The translations under genes and the position numbers were made by a program. This document shows, piece after piece, positions 1 through 8,431 of a stretch of 18,418 nucleotides of DNA. Under the pieces are notes generated by a model, which saw only the letters and a list, made by a program, of their open reading frames with translations, was not told the origin of the DNA and did no database searches. The stretch lies in contig UQHH01000055.1 of NCBI GenBank assembly GCA_900540865.1, forward strand, positions 1 to 18,418, in the 5' to 3' direction. Numbering within the stretch: the first letter of the stretch is position 1; each line of letters begins with the position of its first letter. The DNA comes from an uncultured Oscillospiraceae bacterium (lineage in GTDB: Bacteria > Bacillota > Clostridia > Oscillospirales > Acutalibacteraceae).

Positions 1-168
1 TGTAAGCGGCGCCGCCCTGCGGCCAAGCCCTTAAAATACGCGAATCCCGTTCTAAAAAAGGGTTAAAAACCAAAAAATTTTTTTTGCATATACTGGTAAT
101 GCAGGAAACCCTGCCGGGGCGGGTACAGGCCCGGCCCCAAAAAATCTGAAACAGAAAGAAGTAATATT

Positions 169-792
169 ATGAGAAATAGCACGAAATACTGCTGTATCGG
201 CCTGATACTCTCCCTGATTATCGGTATTGTCACGTTTGCACTTTTCTCCGCTGGAATCTTTGCAGTCACCGCGGTACCGGCGATTCTATTTTTTACAATT
301 GCCGTCGCATTGATTTTGCTGACCGCAATCCTATTTATCAGTGCTTTTATCAGAAAAACAAAAAGCGTAAGGAAAGCGCTGTGCAGCTGCGGCATGGCCG
401 CAATCGCAAGCGCCCTGCTTACCATCCTGCTTTCCGTTGCCGCCACATTGATACCCGTAACTACCGGCGTAGGCTTTTATGTGGTTGCGGCACTCATCGC
501 TTTTTTCCTTTCCTTCCTTTTATGGTCGGTCGGCAGCCTTTTATACCAGCTCAACGGCTGCGCGTGTGAAAAAATCTGTGTACGCAGGTGCGAATGCCTG
601 GAAGACGACGAATGCGTCTGCACACCGGCCGCAAACGAAGTGTCCTGCCAGAATATTTCGTCCTTCCAAAGCCCGAGCGTCTCTTATCCTGTCGGCGCCT
701 CCTGCCGTCAGACGGCCTCCACTTACCAAAACGGTATCTGCGGGACAAACGGGACGGTACAATATACGAACAACAACGGCTGCTGCAGGTAA
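169..792 (+). CDS. Hypothetical polytopic membrane protein (about 4 predicted TM helices) with a Cys-rich C-terminal tail (CxC...CxC...CxC...GCC).
   Basis: ATG at 169 preceded by a weak SD (agaaagaag). N-terminal ~150 aa is strongly hydrophobic with helix-length segments. C-terminal ~55 aa carries 13 Cys in CxC/CC pairs. Codon usage is consistent with neighbouring genes. A rho-independent terminator lies 130 nt downstream. Confidence 0.5.
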   Translation: MRNSTKYCCIGLILSLIIGIVTFALFSAGIFAVTAVPAILFFTIAVALILLTAILFISAFIRKTKSVRKALCSCGMAAIASALLTILLSVAATLIPVTTGVGFYVVAALIAFFLSFLLWSVGSLLYQLNGCACEKICVRRCECLEDDECVCTPAANEVSCQNISSFQSPSVSYPVGASCRQTASTYQNGICGTNGTVQYTNNNGCCR

Positions 793-919
793 ATCCTCGG
801 TCTTTTATAAGCCGTCTATGCTTTTGTGTAACTTATGCCGGCGCGGGTAACAGCAACCAGACCATATTGACCGCAGAGCACCAAGCGGCACAAAAGCACA
901 ACATAGCTATAGTATAACG

Positions 920-960
920 CAGCGTGCGTGGATTTGCGCACGCTGTTATTATTTGTCTTT
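920..960 (+). terminator. Rho-independent terminator: perfect 9-bp stem cagcgtgcg/cgcacgctg, 8-nt loop, then T-rich tail ttattatttgtcttt.
   Basis: Inverted repeat 920-928 / 937-945 read directly from the sequence, followed by a T-rich run. It lies downstream of the 169..792 CDS. Confidence 0.7.
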
Positions 961-1357
961 ACAAGCATGGTTCGCAGCAGGATTAAAATAAATTGTATTA
1001 TTTATCTTTTTGAGAGAAAAAAACTCGAATTTTTATTGAAATGGAATATATTTCAATTGTAATATATTGTCGAATCTTAAAACAAATAACGACAATAAAA
1101 TCATAAATAAGTACAAAATAGTTTTTTAAATAAAAAATTTTTATATATTTTGACGAAATTTATTCGTGAAAAAATTTCACATTTAGCGAAAAACACGCTT
1201 GTAAAAAATAGACGAACAGGTTAGAATAATGGCGGATTAAATAGTATACTATTATCAAAATCCTACCCAAATAATCTGTTTTTGCAAAAACAAGCAGACC
1301 ACGATTCAAACCCAACACATCACATTTCAAACCCAATTTACATGTAGGAGGTAAATC

Positions 1358-3835
1358 ATGTCAACATTACAGAGAAAAGGCAGGATTGGTATCTCGCTGG
1401 TTTTGGCGCTCTTGATGGTATTCAGTGTCGTTGCAACAGTATCTGCTGCCGACACCGCCGCCAATTCGATTGTCGCTCCGACGGTAGGGCCCGACTATGC
1501 AGGAAACAGTACAATTTACGCTTACGGCGGCGGCGATTCCGCTTCCAAGGATTCTTGGATTAGCTGGAAGGGCGCGTCCGACGGCACAAAATATCTGTGC
1601 CTCCCCTCCAGCGTAGACAGGAACGTCTATTTCTATTCGACTTATTCAAGCAACGTGACCGTTGAAAACATAAAAGACGCATCCGATAAGTTTACGCTTA
1701 CGTCAAATGCGGTCAGCGGCCCGTTTGCAATCGGCACAACAAAAACATACCAGGTGAAGAGCGGAAGCACTGTCCTTTACACCTTGAAATTCAGGCTTTC
1801 CGAGGCGGAAGGCGCCCTGTTCATTACAACAACTGACAAGAACGGCAATTATGTCGACAACTGGAACTATCTCTGCCAGGATAAGGAAAATTCCTCCGCG
1901 GGCAGGTGGGTTGTCTCGGCAAACGGCGGTACCTCTAAGCTCGGCGACCTCAAGAAAATCAAGGGCAGGGGCAACTCCACATGGACAAAGAGCAAAAAGC
2001 CCTTTAACATCACGCTCGATTCCAAGGAAAAGCTGCTCGGCATGAACAAAGGCAAGAAGTTCTCCCTGCTTGCCAACTATCAGGAAGGCACGCTCATGCG
2101 CAACCGCCTCCTGTACGACATGGCTGACGAGGTTGGCCTGAACTATTCGCCTGATTCCCGTTTTGTAGAATTCTATGTCAACGGCTCCTACAAGGGCTCC
2201 TACCAGATGTCTGAAAAGGTTGAGCTCGGCAAGGACAACATGGTAAAGATTACCGACCTTGAAAAGAATACGGAAGAAAAAGCCATTGAAGTAACGGGCG
2301 ATCCCGATTACGATGTATATGGCATCTACGAGACAGAAGAGCATCAGGTACAGGCCGACTACAACGGCGGCAAAATTTATTACTACGATATTCCCGCTGA
2401 ATACAACCCCGACGATATTACGGGCGGTTACCTGTTTGAGTGCGACACCAAGGCAAACTCCGCAGGCGACTGGAACAAGTTTGAAACTCCGAAGGGACAG
2501 GTTGTTACCGTTAAGAGCCCGGCTGCCATGACAGAAGCACAGGTCAAGTACCTGTATGACTACTATGTAGCAATGGAAACAGCCGTGTATGGCACGACCG
2601 ATACCTACAAGAATTACATGGACATCGAGTCCGTGGCAAAGGCATACATGATTGCTGAAGTCGGTAAGAACATCGACGGCGGCATCACGAGCACAGACTT
2701 CTACAAAGACGCCGCTACCGGCCAGAACGGCGGTAAAATCTCCGGCGGCCCGGTTTGGGACTACGACTGCGCAATCGGCAACCTCTACGGCTCCAGAAAG
2801 AGCGTTTCCGGCGTAACCTACAACACCAACGACCCGATTGGCTGGTTCAACCGCTATATCCAGAACGCAGATAACGGCAAGGTTCCGACAATCTTTGCGG
2901 CTGCCTGCCAGCATGCAGACTTCTGGACAACAGTCAAGACGGTTTGGAACGACGAATTCGTCGACGCAATCAAGGTTGCAAACGGCGAGCAGGCCGCTAC
3001 AGGCAGCAGGATGAAGTCCATTGCCGAATACAGCGCAATGCTTCAGAAATCTGCCGACATGAACTACCTGTTCAACCCGTTCCCGTATTACAACAACAAC
3101 GGCGACTTCACATGGATTCCCTGCACGGACACGACCTACACAGGCCATGTCGCTTTCATGCAGAACTGGCTGAACACCCGCGCTGAATGGCTTAACACGA
3201 AGCTCGGTACAAGCACGACCCAGACGATTTATTACAACAACAGCTTCACAAATTGGAGCAAGGTATACGCATACGCTTGGAACGACGGCGACGGCACAAC
3301 GAACGCTGCATGGCCCGGACAGGCTATGACGGCGGTTGTCGGAACCAACGGCTACTACAAGCTCGACCTCGGATTGTTTGACCATGTTATCTTCAACAAC
3401 GGCACGAACGGACAGACAATCGACCTCGACCTCGCGGCCGACAGCTATGTGTTCAAGTCCAACGCAATCGACCATACCTATGGCGGCACCACCTATTATA
3501 AGGGCGAGTGGTCGAAGTTCGACAACACGACCAAGACTATCTACTTTGACAACGCGGCAACGAACTGGACGAACCTGAGCGCTTCTTACTGGGGCGGCGG
3601 CGTCGACCAGGCATGGCCGGGCACGGCTATGACGCTTGTCAGCGGTACCATCTATAAGGTAGAAATCCCGGGTGGCTGCACGAACATCATCTTTAACAAC
3701 GGCGGCAACAAAAAGCAGACCGCTACGCTCGTCCCGCAGGACGGCAAGCTCTATGTAGCAAGCAATACGGTCATCGGCACCGACTACTACGGCAACTCGA
3801 TTTACGGCGGCGACTGGGCAAGCTACACACCCTGA
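1358..3835 (+). CDS. Secreted CotH-family (atypical kinase fold) protein with two C-terminal CBM25/CBM26-like starch-binding repeats, 825 aa.
   Basis: Strong RBS (gtaggaggtaaatcATG). Signal peptide MSTLQRKGRIGISLVLALLMVFSVVATVSAAD. The central region carries the CotH hallmark segments (KIKGRGNSTW..KKPFNITLD; LMRNRLLYDMADEVGL; VEFYVNGSYKGSYQMSEKVE). The C-terminus carries two repeats with the W..VYAYAW...AWPG.AMT...G.YK...IFNNG signature of amylase-type starch-binding modules. Confidence 0.8.
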   Translation: MSTLQRKGRIGISLVLALLMVFSVVATVSAADTAANSIVAPTVGPDYAGNSTIYAYGGGDSASKDSWISWKGASDGTKYLCLPSSVDRNVYFYSTYSSNVTVENIKDASDKFTLTSNAVSGPFAIGTTKTYQVKSGSTVLYTLKFRLSEAEGALFITTTDKNGNYVDNWNYLCQDKENSSAGRWVVSANGGTSKLGDLKKIKGRGNSTWTKSKKPFNITLDSKEKLLGMNKGKKFSLLANYQEGTLMRNRLLYDMADEVGLNYSPDSRFVEFYVNGSYKGSYQMSEKVELGKDNMVKITDLEKNTEEKAIEVTGDPDYDVYGIYETEEHQVQADYNGGKIYYYDIPAEYNPDDITGGYLFECDTKANSAGDWNKFETPKGQVVTVKSPAAMTEAQVKYLYDYYVAMETAVYGTTDTYKNYMDIESVAKAYMIAEVGKNIDGGITSTDFYKDAATGQNGGKISGGPVWDYDCAIGNLYGSRKSVSGVTYNTNDPIGWFNRYIQNADNGKVPTIFAAACQHADFWTTVKTVWNDEFVDAIKVANGEQAATGSRMKSIAEYSAMLQKSADMNYLFNPFPYYNNNGDFTWIPCTDTTYTGHVAFMQNWLNTRAEWLNTKLGTSTTQTIYYNNSFTNWSKVYAYAWNDGDGTTNAAWPGQAMTAVVGTNGYYKLDLGLFDHVIFNNGTNGQTIDLDLAADSYVFKSNAIDHTYGGTTYYKGEWSKFDNTTKTIYFDNAATNWTNLSASYWGGGVDQAWPGTAMTLVSGTIYKVEIPGGCTNIIFNNGGNKKQTATLVPQDGKLYVASNTVIGTDYYGNSIYGGDWASYTP

Positions 3836-3887
3836 TTGTCAGATACTCCTTAATTTTCACTATCATCCTCGATAACTGATATCCTAC

Positions 3888-3920
3888 GCCCCGCTTCGGC
3901 AGTCGCCGGAGCGGGGCGGC
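3888..3920 (+). terminator. GC-rich hairpin (gccccgct ... agcggggc, 8-bp perfect stem) 50 nt after the CotH-like gene stop; weak T tail.
   Basis: Inverted repeat read from the sequence. The tail (ggcctttcgg) is only weakly T-rich, so termination efficiency is uncertain. Confidence 0.4.
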
Positions 3921-3930
3921 CTTTCGGTAC

Positions 3931-3966
3931 AAAAAAGCGGCGCGCCCTTAATGGGCACGCCGCTCG
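3931..3966 (-). terminator. Rho-independent terminator for the minus-strand GGDEF operon. Stem gcggcgcgccc/gggcacgccgc (one mismatch), loop ttaa, then a run of 6 U on the minus strand.
   Basis: Hairpin 3937-3963 with aaaaaa (3931-3936) on the plus strand, which reads UUUUUU after the hairpin on the minus strand. It sits 17 nt downstream of the 3983 stop. Confidence 0.55.
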
Positions 3967-3982
3967 CTTTATTGCGCGCGAA

Positions 3983-5200
3983 TTAATCGGCGCGCATTTT
4001 CTTTTTTTGTTTTCCTGCATACATCCTCCGGTCCGCCTCATAAATCAGCGTATCAGGATTCCGGTACCCCGCCGCGTCGACAATGCCTATGCTCAAAGAC
4101 AAGTCAAACGGGTATTCCTCCGATTTGCTTTTCTCCTGCAATGCTTCCTGCACGTTTTGCAGCCTTTGCTCCGCCTGCGCGGTATCTACGCCGCCGAGAA
4201 GAATAATAAACTCATCTCCCCCATAACGGCAGAGAATATCCTTATCACCGGCACATACCTCCCCAAGCTGCTGCGCCACGGCGACGATATAGCGGTCGCC
4301 TGTCTGGTGCCCGAACTTATCGTTGACGTTTTTAAGGCCGTCCAAATCGGCAAAGCAAAGGCAAAAGCAGTCGCGTTTTTCCATTCGCTGTGTGAGCAGC
4401 ATAGAAAAATACTTCCGGTTGCAGCAGCCGGTCAGCGGGTCTGTATACGCAAGGAAATGAAGCTCGCTTTCCTCCTGCATCCGTTTTAAAAGCTCCTCAT
4501 GCACCGCGTGGTTCTGCTCGCGGTACCTGTTGAGCCTGCTCATTTTGTAGGCATAGAGCGTTGCGATATAATAGCCTATCAGTACGCTGATACAGGCCTT
4601 GATGACCCAGACTTTAAAAATCAGGTAATTTCCCGGCATGTAATAGACAAGCAGGTTTAAAAAGAGGTAGCAGTACATCGCAATCATGAGCCGCGTCGAA
4701 AATTTCAGGTTCGACGGGTCGGCCGCAATGGCGCTGACACGTTCCATCCATACTGTTTTTCTAATGACCTGAAAAACAATGCCGGCAAGGACAAACGCCG
4801 CAGCTACCGGCACAAATCTATATTCGTTGTTCGGGCTAGTGCCGTCAAAGGCAGAGGTAGGTACATTTTGCGCTATTGCCGCGACCGACCGGGAAAGGAT
4901 ATTGATGCTCAGGCCAATCAAAGCGCACGTAAAGCCGTGGAACACACCCTGCCGTACCGGGCATTTGAATAAAAGGGTGGTTTCGGCGACCAGAAAAACG
5001 GCAAACACCGTCCAGTTGACAATCAGGTGGAGCTGTAAATAGCTGCAGGCAATAAACAGGATATAATTGACCGCAAAGGTTGCGCCTATGCCCTTCCAGC
5101 GCGCGACGTTCCGCCCCGTCTGTTCCCCAATATATTGAAAATACTGCCAGTTGCAGTAAAAATACGCGGGGGAAAACAATAAAATGATAAGCAGCTGCAT
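3983..5200 (-). CDS. Membrane-anchored diguanylate cyclase (GGDEF domain). The N-terminal ~230 aa has multiple TM helices; the C-terminal part is a GGDEF domain with an RYGGDEF active-site motif.
   Basis: GGDEF-domain signature (DPLTGCCNRKYF ... RYGGDEFIILL) in the C-terminal ~170 aa; hydrophobic N-terminal half. The start ATG overlaps the upstream gene stop (TAATG). Confidence 0.85.
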   Translation of the reverse strand: MQLLIILLFSPAYFYCNWQYFQYIGEQTGRNVARWKGIGATFAVNYILFIACSYLQLHLIVNWTVFAVFLVAETTLLFKCPVRQGVFHGFTCALIGLSINILSRSVAAIAQNVPTSAFDGTSPNNEYRFVPVAAAFVLAGIVFQVIRKTVWMERVSAIAADPSNLKFSTRLMIAMYCYLFLNLLVYYMPGNYLIFKVWVIKACISVLIGYYIATLYAYKMSRLNRYREQNHAVHEELLKRMQEESELHFLAYTDPLTGCCNRKYFSMLLTQRMEKRDCFCLCFADLDGLKNVNDKFGHQTGDRYIVAVAQQLGEVCAGDKDILCRYGGDEFIILLGGVDTAQAEQRLQNVQEALQEKSKSEEYPFDLSLSIGIVDAAGYRNPDTLIYEADRRMYAGKQKKKMRAD

Positions 5201-6417
5201 TATGAACGTCCCCCTGACTGCCGGCTTTGCTTATCGGCATACATTTTGCGGTCGGCTTCGCTGATGAGCTGTTCGGCCGTCTTGGAGGAATGGGCGGGAA
5301 CCTCAACGACCCCAAAGCTGAACGACAGCGGAACCGCGCCCTGTCTGATAGCAGGCGCCTTTGCCCGGATTCCTTCCATTCGCGTATGTGCATGCAATTT
5401 GCCGCAATTTGGTAGTAAAATCAAAAATTCATCTCCGCCGATACGCGCAAAAATATCGCCTCGTTCAAGGTTTTCACGAATAAGCGACGAAAAGTCGAGC
5501 AGATAGCGGTCTCCTATCGTATGTCCAAACTCATCGTTGACCTGCTTTAAATGGTCAAGGTCGATATATACAAGCGCAAGCTGCTCACCACCCGTAAGCA
5601 GCAGGTTCATCTGCTCCATCGCAAACAGGCGCGTGTACGCGCCCGTCAAGCCATCGAGATACGCGGCAATCCGCAGCCTGCGCGCACGCCGCAAATGCTC
5701 CAGCTTTTGCCGTTCCAGCCGGTCGTGCTCTTCCTCGAGCCACGCGTTTTTCGTAATGGAGTAGACATGGCTCATAAATACATAAACCATCATCAGCAGC
5801 AAAAGCACGCTTCCAATCAAAAACAGCGCGGCAAAAGAACCCGGCAAATCGAACATGCTTGGTATACTGTCAAACAGAACATAACCCATTCCAAACCAGC
5901 TGAACCGGATGAGCAGCCGGAACTCTTCTCCGCTTTGGCCCATCAGACGGGATTTGTCGTTGATTTCTCCATTGTATATAATCACCAGCCCCGCAAGCAG
6001 GTCTGCAAGCGTCGCGATAATCAGACACAAATTTCGCATACTGAAGCTGGAAAGCAGCGCGTAGGTACTGGTTTGCAGAAAAAACGCCGTCACTCCCAGC
6101 ACGAGCAAGTGGACGCTTGCGAAAGCAAGTATCCCCATATCGGCGACAAACCAGCGGCAGACCATCCTGCCGCCGAGCAGCAGAAAAAAAAGGCATTTGC
6201 CGATAAAAAGCGTCAGGTAAAACACGGGCAGGGGTATTCCCCAAAGGCCCATTGCATAAAAAAACACAGCGGTAACCGCCATAAAACCAACAGCCCTCAA
6301 GCGTGGAATCTTCTCCCCCGGCTGAAGGATGGTAAAAAATTTCATTAAAATCAAATCGCAGGGCAAAACCAGCAGAACAAGCAAAGCCGGCAGCCCATAG
6401 TGGTACAAGGCAGGCAT
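5200..6417 (-). CDS. Second membrane-anchored diguanylate cyclase (GGDEF, RIGGDEF motif), paralogous and translationally coupled to the downstream gene.
   Basis: GGDEF signature (DGLTGAYTRLF ... RIGGDEFLILL); 6-7 hydrophobic helices N-terminally. The ATG at 6417 has a good SD (ggggagaagttATG). The ORF track's longer start at 6447 is a TTG without an SD. The stop overlaps the next start by 1 nt. Confidence 0.8.
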   Translation of the reverse strand: MPALYHYGLPALLVLLVLPCDLILMKFFTILQPGEKIPRLRAVGFMAVTAVFFYAMGLWGIPLPVFYLTLFIGKCLFFLLLGGRMVCRWFVADMGILAFASVHLLVLGVTAFFLQTSTYALLSSFSMRNLCLIIATLADLLAGLVIIYNGEINDKSRLMGQSGEEFRLLIRFSWFGMGYVLFDSIPSMFDLPGSFAALFLIGSVLLLLMMVYVFMSHVYSITKNAWLEEEHDRLERQKLEHLRRARRLRIAAYLDGLTGAYTRLFAMEQMNLLLTGGEQLALVYIDLDHLKQVNDEFGHTIGDRYLLDFSSLIRENLERGDIFARIGGDEFLILLPNCGKLHAHTRMEGIRAKAPAIRQGAVPLSFSFGVVEVPAHSSKTAEQLISEADRKMYADKQSRQSGGRS

Positions 6418-6750
6418 AACTTCTCCCCACTCTCTTGCGCACGGCAAAGAACCGGCGCGGCTTACGGCCCAAAATGGCCGCAGCCATCAAATATAATCTT
6501 CTCCAAAGTATTCCGTTCAAAAAGCAATCGTTACGCCCGGCTGCCCAGGCAATCCATAATATGATACCTCCGCGGTCCTGGAAGAGCCACCCTTGCTCCT
6601 GCCATACAGCGCTGTGGTTTCACAGACAAAGACCGCTTTTTTATCATTCAAGGTTTCCCCATTTTCATAACTATAGTTTAACATATGTGTGAAAATAAAA
6701 CAACAGCCATTCCTGTTTTACATAATGCAAAATTTGCTGAATCCATAGCT

Positions 6751-6785
6751 AAAAGGGCGGGGCGCATAAAGCGCCCCGCCCTTTT
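6751..6785 (-). terminator. Perfect bidirectional rho-independent terminator aaaa-GGGCGGGGCGC-ataaa-GCGCCCCGCCC-tttt.
   Basis: 11-bp perfect GC stem flanked by A4 and T4, read directly. It lies immediately 3' of the minus-strand 60-aa gene / flotillin operon. Confidence 0.8.
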
Positions 6786-6787
6786 GC

Positions 6788-6970
6788 TTAGTCAAATTTG
6801 TTTTTGTTCCAGTAGTCGTAATCGCTTGCGTCCTCTTGTTTTTCGTCTAAACAATCTTCGCTGTTCTTAAAAAGGTTTTTTCCCATAGTATAGCTGTGGT
6901 CCGCAAACCGTGCATATGCCACCGCCGCCACCACAATGACTATCACGAGCATTATAATCGCTAAAACCAT
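6788..6970 (-). CDS. Small single-pass membrane protein (60 aa) at the distal end of the flotillin operon.
   Basis: N-terminal hydrophobic helix (VLAIIMLVIVIVVAAVAYA) and an acidic C-terminus. SD-like aggaaaggtgg upstream. It is only 27 nt from the flotillin stop and is followed by the strong terminator. Confidence 0.45.
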   Translation of the reverse strand: MVLAIIMLVIVIVVAAVAYARFADHSYTMGKNLFKNSEDCLDEKQEDASDYDYWNKNKFD

Positions 6971-6997
6971 TTGGCCGCCACCTTTCCTCTTTGCGGC

Positions 6998-8431
6998 TTA
7001 TTGCTCCTGTTCAGTCTGCGCAGCAAGCTCTTCGGAAACAGCCGCCGGTTCTGCCGGTGTTTCTTCTGTTTTTCCAAGCGGCTTGCCCAAAAATTCCGGC
7101 AGCGTCATTCCTGCCATCTGGAACATTTCGTTCATCGGAGGGATGGATTTCATCATACTGGACAAGAAATTCGACGTCGTAGACGCTCCGTCCTTGCCGC
7201 TCATTCCGTCCCACACGGTAACCTTGTCTATCTTGAGGTTCTTGACCGCTTCTACCTGTGTCCTGGTGAGCTCCTCGATTTTGTCTGCAATCATCAGCTT
7301 CATCGCGTCGTTTGCGCTGCCGCCAGCCGCAGAAACGATTTGCGCAAGGCCTGCGGCCTGTTTTGTGAGCATCTCCTGCACACCGCGCGCCTGCGCTTCC
7401 ATTTTGGCGTAAATCGCGTCCGCTTCGCCCTTGGCGCGGCGCCTGATTTGTTCTGCCTGCGCTTCCGCCTGCAGCTCCATCTTCCGTTTTTCAATTTCCG
7501 TTTTTACAATGACGTCGGCCTCAAGCGTCGCCTGTTCGCGCGCAAAACGAGCTTTTTCCGCTTCCTGTTCGGCGGCGTACGCTTCCTCTAACGCCCTTGC
7601 GGACTGTATCTTTTCCGCTGCTGTCGCGCGGCGCTGTGCCTCGGACCGCTTTTCTACAAGGGTAGCGTTCGATTCGGCAACCTGCGCCTTCGCCTCGTTT
7701 TCACCCTTGATGGCCTCTGAATCCGCCAACGAAACCTGTACGCGCTGCTCACGCTTTGCGTTTGCCTCGCCGATTGCGCCGGAACGGTCGGCCTCCGCTA
7801 CGGAAATTTTCGCGTCGTTGATGGCTTTTGCCGCGGCTTCCTTACCGAGTGCCGAAATATAACCGGATTCATCCGTAATATCCGTTACGTTGACATTAAT
7901 CAGACGCAGGCCGATTTTTTTCAGCTCTGTTTCCACGTTATTGGACACGGCTGCCAGAAACTTGTCGCGGTCGGTGTTGATTTCTTCAATGTCCATCGTC
8001 GCGATGATGAGCCTCAGCTGCCCAAAGATGATGTCCTTGGCGAGCTCCTGGATTTCTGTGAGCTTCATGCCGAGCAGCCGCTCCGCCGCGTTCTGCATAA
8101 CGCCCGGCTCGACAGACACGCCCACCGTAAAGCGGGACGGCACGTCGATACGGATGTTCTGCTTGGACAGCGCGTTTTTCAAATCGACCGGTATGGAAAT
8201 CGGCGTCAAATCCAGGTATTCATATGCCTGGATGACCGGCATGATAAACGCCGCGCCGCCGTGGATGCACTTCGCGCTGCGTGAGGTGCCGTCCTTATTG
8301 GAGCCGATTTTACCGTATACGACGAGAATTTTGTCCGACGGGCACTTTCTGTACCGTGATAAAAGGACGATGAGAGTCGTAAACAATAAAACGACGATAA
8401 CGCAAATTAGAATAATTATGGCTGGATCCAT
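6998..8431 (-). CDS. floT: Flotillin-like SPFH/band-7 protein (FloT/YuaG-type), 477 aa. N-terminal TM anchor, SPFH domain, long Ala/Glu-rich coiled-coil region.
   Basis: N-terminal hydrophobic helix. The SPFH-like segment resembles bacterial flotillins. The EA-rich repeats (AEQEAEKARFAREQATLEAD...) are typical of FloT. Gene order nfeD-floT is as in B. subtilis yuaF-floT. The SD is gagggggaa. Confidence 0.85.
   Translation of the reverse strand: MDPAIIILICVIVVLLFTTLIVLLSRYRKCPSDKILVVYGKIGSNKDGTSRSAKCIHGGAAFIMPVIQAYEYLDLTPISIPVDLKNALSKQNIRIDVPSRFTVGVSVEPGVMQNAAERLLGMKLTEIQELAKDIIFGQLRLIIATMDIEEINTDRDKFLAAVSNNVETELKKIGLRLINVNVTDITDESGYISALGKEAAAKAINDAKISVAEADRSGAIGEANAKREQRVQVSLADSEAIKGENEAKAQVAESNATLVEKRSEAQRRATAAEKIQSARALEEAYAAEQEAEKARFAREQATLEADVIVKTEIEKRKMELQAEAQAEQIRRRAKGEADAIYAKMEAQARGVQEMLTKQAAGLAQIVSAAGGSANDAMKLMIADKIEELTRTQVEAVKNLKIDKVTVWDGMSGKDGASTTSNFLSSMMKSIPPMNEMFQMAGMTLPEFLGKPLGKTEETPAEPAAVSEELAAQTEQEQ

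Noticed and set aside
96-140. GC-rich imperfect hairpin (ccggggcggg...cccggcccc) followed by aaaaaa, possible terminator of a gene left of the window
   Set aside because: Stem imperfect and the T-tract orientation ambiguous. The upstream gene is not in the window, so it is not called as a feature.
63-446. 127-aa minus-strand ORF overlapping the 169..792 membrane-protein gene
   Set aside because: It overlaps the plus-strand ORF, which has coherent TM helices and a downstream terminator. No RBS; unusual composition.
1703-3475. 590-aa ORF on the minus strand, antisense to the CotH-like gene
   Set aside because: Entirely antisense to a gene with an RBS, signal peptide and domain matches. The translation is low-complexity V/A/G/C-rich, as expected for the reverse frame of GC-rich coding DNA. 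No RBS.
5551-6348. 265-aa plus-strand ORF (also 6971..7591 plus, 11963..12712 minus, 13281..13877 plus, 13975..14205 plus)
   Set aside because: Each lies antisense within a well-supported gene (GGDEF, flotillin, UvrD-like helicase, rubrerythrin, perR). Translations are Arg/Gln/His-rich with no motifs. They are shadow ORFs.
6435-6750. Several 60-85-aa ORFs in the DGC-operon upstream region (6435..6692 plus, 6685..6870 plus)
   Set aside because: No RBS and odd composition. The region more plausibly holds the promoter/5' UTR of the minus-strand GGDEF operon.
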